DNA of 64,000 bases from positions 99,335-163,334 of the forward strand of contig NMRA01000162.1 of NCBI GenBank assembly GCA_002633005.1, in the 5' to 3' direction. Positions within the stretch are counted from its first letter, which is position 1. Each line of letters starts with the position of its first letter. The notes under the pieces were generated by a model. That model did not search any database, was not told the DNA's origin, and saw only the letters and a program-made list of their open reading frames with translations. Of this stretch, positions 1 through 12,900 are shown in pieces. The translations under genes were made by a program, and so were the position numbers. Source of the stretch: Phoronis australis. Lineage: Eukaryota > Animalia > Phoronida.

Positions 1-356
1 GCCCTTGAAGACTCTTATATTCGTGCTACAAACTTGAGTAAAAACTCGAAATTTCGAGTTCAAACTCGAACTTATTGCTTTGATATTGGGTTTACAAACT
101 GTGAACTAAGGGCAATAAATTATCTACGTAAGTTATTGTGTACTCGAGCATAGAATAATAGACACTTATCTTGAGTTCGCCCAAACGTAGAGTAGAAAAT
201 GGCAAACCTAATTTCGAGTTCCATTTCGAGTAAAAAGATTGGAGACCGGGCCCTGTTTGTGAAGAGTAAGCCCAGGAGCCTATGTACGAAGCACAACAAA
301 ACAGAAAAAGGCGCAATGTCCGCCTAAATACACAGACTGTATTAAACAATACTTAC

Positions 357-3300
357 AGCAAGAACACTGAATCCATTGAAGTATTTCTTCACATTCACAA
401 CAGAGTTCTCTACACACAATGCCTGTAGGTCAGTGACGGCGCGGCTACACTCGTAAGAGTCATCATACAGGTAAGCTGTAACACATGAAATGCACAAGCC
501 TGTAATTCACAAATTGTAAACTCCAGAAAATACAGGCGAGATGTAAAAGCCAGATTGTGCACTCAAAATATATGTTATGCACGTAACTTTAGTAGAGACA
601 GACAGTCAAACAGGTCTACTACCAAACCATTGTCTCCTGTGCTTCAAGACGTTCCAGTCTATGAGTGGCTGTAAGAATCTAAAAATCACTCTTGTTATGT
701 TGCATAAAACCGATATATAGAGAAGCGAAAGAAAACGAAGTTTGCTATAAAGAAAACACGCAAATCTTCAATATGAGGAATATGTGTAAGAAATGTCCAG
801 GGCAATTTGATTTTCATTTTTACCCGGCTAAACAGGCTAAGATGCAGCTTTAAGTAATATATGTCACTTTCCTTAACCAACTTAATGTTTGTTGCACACA
901 AATACTCACCAACAGCACCATTGGGTGAACACTCATTAGACAGTGCCGGACGTGGTATTCCAAACTCACTAAGAATACCAGAGTCAGATAAGGTCAGGAC
1001 AGGAGACCCAGCCTGAAATCATGAAGACCCAGAACATATCAGTTACTAGACATAAAAAGCAGTTTTAATATTTACCAGTTTTCCCCATTGAACAACAGCC
1101 AACAAACTGGATCTCAAAATTCAGGACACCTGTAATTGCCTATTGCCTCAAAACTGCCTTTGGTTTTTAAGTAAGAGGTGTAGTGACAAAAAATGTCAAT
1201 TGCAGAGATCCACCACTCAGAGTGCATAGGTACCAGTGTGTGAAAACATGCACAATGGCAACAGCACCAGTGCCAATACAAACTAACTCTGACTATCAAC
1301 AATGTGAACCACACAGTGATGGCAGCACCCGTAGTCATGGACACCAAACAGATGAAAATCCCATCTTTTTCGGTTCATACTTATCAAAAATGAATGTGTA
1401 TTTAAGTACGAAAATATCAAATTATCAACATTTACAATTCCCAGTCAGCCATCAGAAAGGTTTATTTCATTTCAAGCAAGTCGCTGGTGTTTTCACTGTA
1501 AAGTTTGGCACAGTATAGATACTCGCTCTTGGAGTGTACCTAAATCCACAAACACAGCCACTGAGGCATGCACACCTTCAGGACATTACCTTATATTCTT
1601 GACCCGAGATAGTGACAAAGTGATTTGTAGGTGTGAAGGAGAAAGCCTTGTAATGTTTCTTAAAATCTTTGTATAGCACATCTTTGTCGATGGCATCGGG
1701 TACTGTATAGGACGAACGAGACTGAACTGAAAAAAGAAAGCACAGTTTGAAAGTGCGTGTAATGAGTAACATAGAATCTCTGCACTATATTTACCAACAG
1801 ACAATATTTTGAAAATTAATGGGCGTTCCCAGTAATCTTAGAAGCCCTTGAAAAATAAGAAAGAGCCATTTTGGCAATCATTTTCCCCGAAATTGTAAAA
1901 TTTGATGTCATTCATGTTTCACTCGAATTGTACATCAGATATTAACCCGCAAATGTCGAAATTACGACTGCGTGAAGAAATTTATCTGCAGAAACGATAT
2001 GGTGAATATAACTGCACAGAAATCAAGCCCTTCAAAAGAACTTATTCACGCAAAAACTCCATACCGTATTTTACTGCTCTCGTGTCAACTGCCATTTGCA
2101 TTTTCTCCAAGTGGAATACTCGTGAACTAAGACATTTACTTGGTGCATTGGCTGGCATTTGGGTCACCACTAATATAACGCCTTTAGGTCAAAATCTATG
2201 AGCATGAGATGGCAGACAACCTGGTTCAGAAAAGAGTAATGCAACCAAATGATACCAAATGATAGTGTTTGTGTACGCATACGTATCTAATGGAGTTTCA
2301 TTTGGTTAGTACTTGCACAATCAATAAGTATTTTGTCCCCATACTGGGAATTTCTTCCGATTTTTGTCCATTTCACAGGATCTGGAGAAAAACCTGCGAC
2401 GGACTTTCAGCTGTGTTTGAGCCAACATTGGCTATGCACACTAGTGACTTCTGCCAACACAAAACCAAACTTTTGAATTCACCACTCACAGTTGTCATTG
2501 GCGATGCAGAACTGTCCATCAGTAGTCAGTTGAGCAGAGCTAGGCAGATTATTAGTGAAGAATATATCTGTGACCATACACATGTGGGAATTAAATCTGT
2601 AAAGGAAAGTAAACGTTACAAGTAAGCATCAAATTACCCGTCGATCGCACTAAAATGAGCAGTACTAGTTCCATGAACAACACAAAAAAACCCATCTCAA
2701 CGAATTTCGCCCACTGGGGTTCATTAAGGCGTAAAGCTGCGCCTTACGAACAAAAAAGATCACAAAACTTGTTGTGGAATCAAAAACGCATCTCACCAAC
2801 TCACACTTTTATCGTTACATATATAGATCAATACAGGACTACTTGATGACATCAGAAACAAACTAAGCTGAAGACAGTGAATAACATCGACTAATCAAAA
2901 TTGTCCGTTCATGATGTCAGCTCGTGCTTTCTATAAGGTTGTTGTCTCTTTAAAGAATTTAATGCTGGTGATCCATGGCATTGATCCGAGACGGTTTGTC
3001 TAGCATGTATGTGACTTGTCAATCATAATTTAAGGATTTTTAATCTTAGTCACATACCTTTAAAGAGTACTGTTCTCACTAGGATGAAAGGTGAGAGCTG
3101 GGAATGACAGAATGTGGTCAATTGCAAATGCAAAAGGGAGACCACAATGTTCAGTGCCATGATGGAAAATTAGCCAACAATAGATGCGTTAGGTTTCACT
3201 TCTCTGGCACCCATTGACGAAAGTAGTTCCATCTGAATTTAGTAATTTTTTTAATCATGCCAAACAAAACACCACAGGAACACTCAATGGAATAAATTGA

Positions 3301-4701
3301 TATCTGGATTCAGCTTCAAATTGGAAACCACTCTTGTCTGGAGTTGAAAACGAAATCTGGCTCAGAATTTGAGCTTTAATTGTCAGCCCACCACAAATGT
3401 CAGCTCTACATTATCAGTCTAAAACTTTTACCTGTCAATTATATCAACACATGAACTAAATGCTGCTCGATCCAGTTCATTACACTGTTCATCACAGCAA
3501 CAGTTGACATCACAAGAACTGGGGGTCAGGTCACAGGTACACACTCCAACACCTGGAGATTAGAAAGAGTTATCACTAAAACAAAAGAGTGTTGCCTGGT
3601 AAACCTGCAGGCGTCCTCAGCTTCTGATTGTCACCAATACACTACATATAATACTACAAGGTATGACACCCTCGACTAGAAATTCCACGGGTGCTTCACT
3701 TCAGCTCTCCATAGGTAACATAAAACTCAATAAATTTACACAAAACAAGGTTTCAACAAACCATTGCTCTTTCTTCCAATACTATTCACGGTGTCCTGTT
3801 CCGGCGACTTCGTAAGAAATTTGCAGTCAAAGAACAAAAATGTTCACAAAAAGCCCAAACACACTTCCATCTTGGACGGCTCGAGGTCAAGGACAGTACG
3901 GAAATTGCCAGTTTGTCGCGTAAAGTCACGATGTCGATAACACCGTCCCGTAATTCATCAGTAATTTCTGTACCTCGAGCTGCCCAAGATGGAAGTGTGT
4001 TTGGGCTTTTTGAGAACATTTTTGTTCTTTGACTGTGAATTTCTCACGAAGTCACCGGAACAGGACAGCGTGAATGGTATTGGAAGAAAGAACAATTGCC
4101 ATTGGTTTGTTGAAACCTTGTTTTGTGTATTTATTGAGTTTTATGTTAGCTATGGAGGGCTGAAGTGAAGCACCCGTGGAATTTCTAGTCGGGAGTGTCA
4201 TACCTTGTAGTATTATATGTAGTGTATTGGGGACGATCAGAAGATGAGGACGCCTGTGGGTAAACCAAAAGTACCAGGTTAGAATCAAATGCTGTGAATG
4301 GTATCAGGAAAAAGAACAATTGCCTTGGTCATGGTTTGTTGAATCCCTGTTTTGTCAGTGAGTAAATTTATTGAGATTTGTGTTTGATATGGACAGCTAA
4401 AGTGAAGCACCCGTAGAATTCCTAATCCCGAGTGCCATAACTAGTGTATAGGAGGCGAAAAGGCCACGCTTGGTTTCCCCAGGAGACGCCTGTGAATCTA
4501 TCGAGCCGATTGAGAAACACAGGAAATCTAGCGACTTATTCACACCATGGTCCATATTTGATAATATATTCAACATTACAAACCTGTATTTGGCGCAAAC
4601 GGAGTGGGAGTTCCGTATGGGACAGAGGTGTTGTCCTGAGAAAGAGATCTTTGGATTTCTAATATGAAAATACAGACGAGCAAGACCCCTTTGCCCGCCA
4701 T
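357..4701 (-). CDS. TCTN1: Tectonic-family protein (TCTN1/2/3-like, ciliary transition zone); 5' part, continues beyond window start
   Basis: Exons 4584-4701, 3432-3552, 2490-2596, 1590-1726, 910-1012, 357-475, all GT-AG with matching phases (1,2,1,0,1,0). The translation begins with a signal-peptide-like MAGKGVLLVCIFILEIQRSLSQ. It then has the tectonic Cys motif VCTCDLTPSSCDVNCCCDEQC, followed by YKAGSPV and C-x-R...C...YFNGFSVLA. The paralog assignment (1/2/3) is uncertain. Confidence 0.88.
3608..4256. mobile_element. Fold-back/MITE-like element with ~280-bp inverted arms in tectonic intron 1
   Basis: 3608-3887 is the reverse complement of 3972-4256 (e.g. ATTCCACGGGTGCTTCACTTCAGC vs GCTGAAGTGAAGCACCCGTGGAAT), with a spacer of ~84 nt. 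Confidence 0.85.
4294..4494 (+). repeat. Diverged partial copy of the fold-back element arm
   Basis: Direct similarity to 4071-4256 (GTGAATGGTAT...AAGAACAATTGCC...AAGTGAAGCACCCGT...GACGCCTGTG). Confidence 0.75.
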
Positions 4702-5435
4702 TGCTGTTTATTTACGTGCTACGGTAGTGCAGTGACACCTATAGTGCTATCCTTTGACACAGCGCCACCTGTACCTTTCGTAGCATTTTGAAAGAATGTA
4801 CAGAAGCAGTGCTAGACATGCAAACTGAAACACAGAGCGAGCAGACTGTACGGTAGCGAGTTTGGGACATAAAAAATAATCTCACATCACAGATTTTTAC
4901 TGCTTGTGAATCTTGCAATGATTTAAACGTTTAAAAAACATCACTTTATTTAAAAAATAGCAGAACAGTTGCTATTGGAGTTGTAGGCTTGCCTGCGAGG
5001 CCCGGCGGCTGACATTTAACTGGTGATCAGCAGGGGGCCCCAACTGATGATCGTGAAGTACGTGCAACAGGCGTGTACGTTTTGTTGTCGGTTCAGATTT
5101 CATAACCGGCTATAACAAGGGATTGGTTGAAAAGTCGGTCTCGGTGACACTCGAGACTCCCGGTAGGGATCAGACCATCATGGGAGCCGCAACAGCTAGT
5201 GTTTTTTTTTTTCAATTGAAATGTCCGACTCAGTTAGCCAACGGCCATTAGGCAAGGCTTAAGCTAACAGGATTTCCACGCAAGTGCACGAGAAAGCGTG
5301 CATCGTTTCAGTACCTTAGGGTATCCAGCGATTTCCTGGCACACGATTAAATTGAGCCGGGCTTGATCGTCGTAACGGTAATGGTGCATTAGTCGCTATT
5401 CATGGCCCTGGATGAATTCAAGTTAACTACGTGCT

Positions 5436-5703
5436 CATGGGCGCACCGGCCCAGCCTATAAAATGGGGGGCTCGTATTTTTGAGAATGTGGACCTTTTAC
5501 TAAAAAAACGGGGTACGTCCAGAGCTATGACTTTTTCGCCGAATTTTGGTAGTTCCTGCCTTCAGTTTTTAGAGGACTTTTGCCTCGTTTTCTACTTTTT
5601 CTGATTTTTGTTTCTCCGAGGACGACCTTTTTGCGGGCCAACATCGCCAAATGGGGGAGGGGGGGCTCGTTGGAGCCCTTCGAGCCGCCCTGGGTGCGCG
5701 CAT
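5436..5703 (+). mobile_element. Non-autonomous DNA transposon (MITE family A), copy 1
   Basis: Aligns by eye with 20695-20947 (TTTTTGAGAATGTGG.CCTTTTAC, GAATTTTGGTAGTTC, GGGGCTCGTT); imperfect CATG...GCAT termini. Confidence 0.7.
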
Positions 5704-7290
5704 CATGGCCGGTGCTGCTGGATGAGATAGTTGCGGTCGTAAAACAACACGCATGTTTAGTGGGTAAAAGTCTTTAAATTTTTAAAACTGATGCATTTTA
5801 AGGGAAATTACATGGGCGGCGCACCATATAGGGAGCGGTGGGGGCACTTTTTTCAATGCTGCGTCGCCCATGAACTTTTAGCGAATAATTTTTCTTCAGT
5901 TTCGCGCTGCTAAGTCAGGAGCATTAATTTGTGAATCGATTAAGTAGGACGGGTTAGCCATTGTGTCTTCCTCATGCAATTGCTTATGGCGTTGGGGATA
6001 ATAATTAATGTATGAAATAATTAAACCCCAAATAGCGTCGGACTTGTCTCAGGCCCGTGGCCTAGCAAAAAAAAACGGCCAAATGAATAACGTAATTTTC
6101 CGAAAGAATTCAAGGCCACGCCGTGGTTCCGAGCAGTTGAACTCATCGCGGGTACAAGGCAGATCGGCAAGCACCAAATCCATTGGCGGGATGTGTCCCG
6201 TTCCTGCCGGCCACCGCGCCGGAATGGCTTCAGATCGGCCTCTCGTTTTGCTTTTTTACCCGGCTCTCTTGTCGGTGTTAGTCCCTGGCTGTGTTAGTCA
6301 ACTTATGTGCCGCACAAAAAACATGAATATACGTGCAGTGAAAAGTCCCTCCCCGCGGTCGATGCGGACCGTTGGATCGCGTGCCGGTGGATCCGGCGAT
6401 GTCAGGGAGCCACCACATCTGTTTTTCCAGTTTTTATATAGTGACTGCCTACTCTACATGGCTTCTTTTATTCTTTCTGACAATAAGGAACGCATTAATA
6501 AAAATTAGCGCCGGGATATGTTAGGGCCGGCCTTCATCATGTAAACTTCAACTGAGCTTTCGCAGGCTTGTTTTGGACGCGACACCCGGCCAGCGGGATT
6601 CGTCTAAACAGCATTCCAATAGTGACAGTATTTTTACTATATGTCGCGCGGCCCTGCTTATACTCGACTCCGTCTTTTCGTACATATTAATTGTTTCCTA
6701 AGCTGACTGCATCCTGTATGTATATGACGTGCAGCCACAGATCTCACTGATTTCACCGCGACTACCAGGCCAGTGAGCACTGTTGCGTGGCGAAGGGTCA
6801 GAGGTTACGTAACTTCGCTTGTTTTGTCTTCCTGCAGAGCACAGCACTGACAACATATTGATCGTCACCAGGTGGCGAGGCCGTCATATCGAGTCGCTCC
6901 CACAGGAGAACTGCCGAACAACAAATTGTGGAAATCGACGACATTTTCACGAATCCGCTCAAAAATAGTTCAAAAAACCCAGACACCTTAGAGAAAAAAA
7001 ACTGCACTTGCTATCCAAATTAGAAGCATTTAGTTGACATTGTTGTTTAAACTCAAATTTAGATACAAGATAATGACATGATTTATCCGTGTGAAAATAC
7101 TGCACGACTTACATGTGGAGATAATCCGACCGGAAGTTAGGAAGATCCCATTATTCATTATTGACGCGTGAAGTGAATGAACCCTTGCCAACAACAGTAC
7201 TGATAAACGTGCGGTTTATCTTTCAGTCTGTCTGGGTTGCCAGTCCGTAACACTGGCCCGGTTCATCATAGACCAATCTCATTATCAAAG

Positions 7291-9962
7291 ATGAATCGGT
7301 CGCTTTGTACGGTTGGTAGGCGATTAGGTGCACGCTTCTACGGGATCAAACGTGGAGCTGGGCCTGTTGCGGCGAACCCATTCCCGAAGCCTAGTTTTCG
7401 ACATGTGCATTCCCAAAGCACTCGTCGGTTTACGCAGTCTCAAGTTTACGGCGTATTCGCAGGTGTTGTTGGGGCTGGGGCAATCGGTGAGTTACAGTGG
7501 GCATCCCAAACTGCCATAGGAGCAAGCAAGCACCCAAATGTTACTGTCCCACAGACTAGACAGTGACCACCCTCTATGGCTCTATGGCTTATTACTGGTC
7601 TTAAAAACGGTGAAACTCCTATAGGCGCTTCATACGCCGGAAGGTTTTTGGCGAATTATCCCTCACTCAGTTTAAAACATCATTTCTCCTGGCGCATGCA
7701 GTTTAGAAAAAGTGGCCATTTGTCGATTTGGGCACCTGCACCAACAAAGGACTACCTACTGTTCGAGTTGGATTGGAAGGAATTAAAGACATCGTCGTCG
7801 AGTTCTTCTATGCACAAAATGTACTTATAACAACGTGACTTTGATGTTTTAATCGGTATGAGGTGTATGAAGTGCCTATGAGAGCTTCACCATATCTCTA
7901 AGGCTAGAATAGAGAGTGGTCACTGTCTACCCCCTGAGCCGTGCAGTCCTTTTTATTTTATTAAATCTGGGCTCAGACGGTAACAACCACTTGTACCGTC
8001 TTGATGGAGTAGCAGTTAAGTTATGAAATTCAATTTTCACATAACTCTAAAAATCTTTTCCGAATGGAAGCGGCTGTAAGCCCGCTGTTGGCCAACAACA
8101 AATCTAAGATTTGATTTTTGGACCACATCCAATTTTTTAAATTGGTGTCAACTTGTTCCTTACTAATATCATGGGAGATAATCCCAGTGAACACAGCAAG
8201 TTAAGAACGGAGTAGTGCATACGCCATTACATATTTTCGTAGATGTACCAGAAGTCTGGCATGGTTTGCAATCTCGACGTGACATACGTGTCGATGGCTG
8301 TGATTGGCTGCTGCTTGACCTTTGATCTGTCAGTGAGTCCAATGGATGAAACAATTCATTTGTCAAGCAGTATTTGATATGGTTTTTACTTCAGCCTGTT
8401 GTTTTATGGTACTTAACTTGTAAGTTGGTTGGAATCTCTATACCATGACCGTGTTTTATTCCGTGTCATTTGCACTGCTGCTCTATGTTTCAGCTGGTTC
8501 CTACCTGTACCAGTCGACCCAATGTAAGGCAAAACCTGCCAAACCTGAAGCAGGAGAAAAGATAGACGGCTTGCCATTTTACAGCAAAGAGGATGTCCTT
8601 AATCACAACAGTAAGGACAAGAGGATATGGGTCACCTTCAAGAATGGTGTCTATGACATCACAGAGTTTGTGGAAGGCCATCCTGGTGGGGATAAGATTT
8701 TGTTGGCCAGTGGTGGTCCGCTGGAACCCTTCTGGGCATTATACGCCGCGCATAGGACACCGGAAGTTTTGGAAATGCTTGAAGAGATGCGTATTGGTAA
8801 CATTGACGTAGTGGAACACCATGTTGACAGCAATGACCCGTATGCCAATGACCCAATACGACACCCAGCTCTACGAGTAAACACCAAGACACCATTCAAT
8901 GCTGAAACACCTCCTGAACTGCTGCTAGATAACTTTATCACTCCCAATGAGCTGTTCTTTGTCAGGAACCACCTTCCTGTTCCAGAGGTTGATGGCAAAA
9001 ACTTCCGTGTTTCTATTGAAGTGGAAGGGGGCAAAAAGATTTCGTTCAGTATTGATGAGCTCAAACGGAAGTTTAAAGAGCACACTGTCATGGCCACACT
9101 GCAGTGTGCAGGTAATCGTCGTGAGGAGATGTCTGCTGTTAAACACGTGAAAGGACTGATGTGGAAGACAACAGCTATCAGCAACGCCACGTGGACTGGG
9201 GTCAAGTTGAGTGATGTCTTGCACTATGCTGGTCTTAAAGAGGACAACCCTCGGATAGCCCACGTCCAGTTTGAGGGTCTGGACAAGGATCCCGAGGGCT
9301 CTCCCTATGGAGCCTCCATTCCTGTTGAGAAGGCCATGGACCCCTATGGAGAGGTTCTGCTTGCGTACAAGATGAATGGCCAAGACATTCCCCGCGACCA
9401 TGGCTATCCACTACGTGCTGTTATACCAGGTGTCGTTGGGGCAAGAAATGTCAAGTGGTGTAACCGAGTTCTAGCTTCAGCACATGAGAGCCCCAGTCAC
9501 TGGCAGCAGAATGACTACAAGAGCTTCTGTCCCTCTATTACTTGGGATGATGTAGACTTCTCCAAGTCGGTGGCTGTACAGAATGTTCCTGTACAGTCTG
9601 TCATTATCAGTCCAGCCAATGGCGCTATTGTTGACCGAGAGGATGGTGTGGTGACCATGAAGGGATACGCCTGGAGTGGTGGCGGTCAAGGCATCGTTCG
9701 CGTCGACGTCTCCATTGATGGTGGCAAGACTTGGCAGGCTACAGACCTGGTGCATCCCGATCAGCGCCCAACACGCACGTGGGCGTGGAGCTTCTGGGAG
9801 GCCACCATCGACATTCCGAAGAATCACAGGGGTGACCTAAAGCTGGTGTGTAAAGCCATTGACACGTCGCACAACACTCAGCCGGATAGTGTGCAAGGTA
9901 TCTGGAACTTACGAGGCCTTCTGAACAACTCCTGGCATCATGTTCGTGTGAAGATGGTCTAG
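7291..9962 (+). CDS. SUOX: Sulfite oxidase, mitochondrial (cytochrome b5 + Moco + dimerisation domains), 554 aa
   Basis: Exon 7291-7486 encodes an Arg-rich presequence plus a hydrophobic stretch and ends G|GTGAGT. It joins in phase 1 to exon 8494-9962 (TTTCAG|). Motifs: b5 HPGG heme motif, FFVRNH, LQCAGNRR (Mo-ligating Cys), DHGYPLR, GARNVKW, C-terminal WNLRGLLNNSWH. The ORF-track start at 8445 lies in the intron. Confidence 0.97.
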
Positions 9963-12900
9963 GTAATGGCCATGTGGACGGCATCTTCAGACTTCACAAA
10001 GTAAAGGCTGGTTTTGATGATTAGTTGGACGTTATGAGACACCTGGTCACATATGGCTTATGAGGATATGATTTTGGTTTGGAAACCTATGGGGAGGTGG
10101 GTTAGTCAAGCTTATTTTAGGTTTATTGCTGGATACTTTTCTCCTGGAGTAAAGGAATAAACTCTGTGGTAACTTCAGTGCTCAAAAGCTGTCACTATTC
10201 AGTGGCTTGTTGATATGATACTTTACTATATTTAGTAACCTGGGTATAATAGGACCTTCATAACTCTTGGGCATCCAGGTTCTGTTTGATGGTAAAAACG
10301 ACACTTTGTTGCACAGCTTAAACATTTCCTTCTGAATTTGGACTGAGTGAAACATAGTTCTTTGAGCAACAACAAAACTACATTCCCTGGAAGAAACTAA
10401 ATTTTAATTTAGACCAGTTTCGGCTATGAATTGTTCCTTACACAGGTGAGAAGTGATTTTTGGTCTTGAAAACAATTGGCAGTTAATTATGTAGGCCATG
10501 TTCGTCCAACAGGTTGCGAGAAGTCACCTTGAAGAGCCTGGTCTCCACCTATTGTGGCTAAGGAAAAATTTGTCATATATATCATAACAGTAAGTGGTCT
10601 CAGTCAAAAATTGTGTTTTGTGACGGGAGGCAGATTTGTAGCCACTTTGTCTAAAAATTTGTTGTGAGGAACCCTTCACAGTTCTCCAGTGGTGTCCCAA
10701 GAAGTTTTTGTTTGTTCCCGAAATACCGAAATTTGCTTGAAAATAAGTGGATTGTAGGTGGTGTCGTGGGTTAAAGTGCTGATCCGAAATGTAGTAAGTA
10801 AGAAATATTAGACGGATGCAAAACATTTGAAATTACTGCAGCACAACGTTTGCAGAGTGCTTACATTTCCTGCATTCACTCTCGTGACAAACCTGTATGT
10901 CTTTCTTTTGTTATACGACTTGCCTGGATATGACCTATGTATGGCGTTTGACCATGGGTGGTACATTGATTTGTAAAAAGTGATCGTGACACTTGCATTT
11001 TTACCCAATTGAGAGGTTAGAAATACATGGATAAATTGTGTAAAATTGGTAAATACGTTTTATTGTCTGTACCTGTATATGTGATACGTTTGTTTTCTGA
11101 TTACAATAAATTCCAATGGATAATGATAATAATTGTTAGATAGAGAGACTTTGCCTTCGATTGTTATTCTGCCAGTTTAATTTGGTTTTCTAGTTGATAT
11201 CAACGGGCAGTTTTCGTAGCGTGTGACGTACTGTTTTGACTACACCATTTAAAGAGACCTTTATGGAAAATTTCGCTTCCGTTACTTGCGTCTGCCCTGT
11301 GGTCTTCGCGGCGACTGGTGTTTGCCATTCAGCGTCTGAATAACACTTGTCATCGCTCCAGCGCCTGTAATCGTGATCGTACTGTGTGTGTGAAAGCTTG
11401 ACCCCTTTCAAATTTCAGTTTCTGCAGTGTGAGTTACTACTTATTATCATATGAAGTGGGTTTCAATGTTTACATGACAATTCACGTAGAGGCTTTTCTG
11501 GGTTCACCTGTTTTAGGTTAGGTTCACCTCTTTTGTAGTTTCAAATTGTAGTCTGCGGTTCTGTTTTAATTTTCTCACCTCTGCTGGCTCACCTTTTTGT
11601 ACCGCTCGCGGCTCCTCGTATTTCGGGGTCAATGAGAAATTTTAAGTGACTGATCAAGCTTTACTGAACTGCCGTGTCATCCCAAATGCCAATCGATTTT
11701 AGTGACCTAGTTTTTAAGATTACGGCGAGAAATGTTGAAGTTACACACCATACACTATATTAAAGCGAAAATTTCCCATTTAAAACGTTAGTTATTGTAA
11801 TGGATGGTTCCGACAAACGCAAGGCCACGCCTACCATAGTTGCCGTGCCATCTAAAGTCAATATGGCGGAAGTCCTTTGCACGCGATTTACATATGCGAC
11901 ATACGCGGTGTGTTCTTGAACCCAGTTCAATGAAAATGTTTCCGTACTGCACCATCAAAATGGCTCTTGGGGAAGCCCATCAGCTGTTGCACACACTCAG
12001 CGGCATATCAACAATATGAAACTTCAGCCCGCTCATGTATTATGCCAGCATTTAAGCATCATTTATGACGGTATCAGATCGATTTTAATAGACTATGCAG
12101 GTGCACAGTAGTATTGTATTGTATTGTACTGTATGGCAGTGATAAGAGTGGGTGCTCGCCTTCATTATAAACTATTTCATGGCACGCGTGATGGTAGGAA
12201 AAAGTGCACCAATGAAAATGGCTGCATTTGAGGTGTTGTTTGTGTGTTCACTGGTGGTCTAGTGTGTGTCGTTTTGTCAGTCCGACAACAAGGCCACGTT
12301 ATCGTTAAAATCAGACTCTCTAGTGACACCCTGTCATACAATCATATGGTCGATGTTCAATTCACTTTAGTGCTATTAAAGAAAAAAATATAAAACTAGT
12401 TCTGAATTTCATTTTATGCTTGTTTATTCATAGATACGACACGTACTCGATTCCTGAGGTTAAATCCCCGGAGGGTCACCGCCCCCCCCCCCCCTGNCCC
12501 CCCCCCCCCCGTGACATGCGGGTCTTCGCATTCTCGGCCGTATATACTAAACCCTTGCAATTGACGATTTGACAGGTGTATCAACTTGACAAGCGATGGA
12601 CGGATTCAATTACCACTGCCTCCTAATAGCGATTTATTTTAGTCTGTGTATGTTTCGAGTTTCTTGGCAAATTTTCATGAAATTTTGGCAATCAGTTTTC
12701 TATTAGAAATATGACGGCGCCTTCCCAATATTTTGGACGGACTCGACGTAATCTGCACGTCTATCTATAATGACCATTTTTATGGCACTAAACCGCTTTG
12801 AGCGCATTTCAACGCAGCTCCGCGTTGCTCTTGTCACTGGGCCGGACTTCTGGCTCGTTCTCCGCTTATCGTTGGCATTGCACTAACCCCGTGCCCAGGC

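Noticed and set aside
869-878. TTCCTTAAC U12-branch-like motif on the plus strand
   Set aside because: Wrong strand for the tectonic gene and no matching U12 donor.
6008-6508. 166-aa ORF in the tectonic-SUOX interval
   Set aside because: No domain, no supporting splice structure; lies in a GC-rich repeat-like patch where stops are rarer.
8490-9984. Several minus-strand and alternate-frame ORFs of up to 184 aa overlapping SUOX
   Set aside because: Shadow ORFs of a real coding exon; no recognisable motifs.
12482-12510. Poly-C tract containing an N
   Set aside because: Assembly join in a homopolymer; its length and G-quadruplex potential cannot be trusted.
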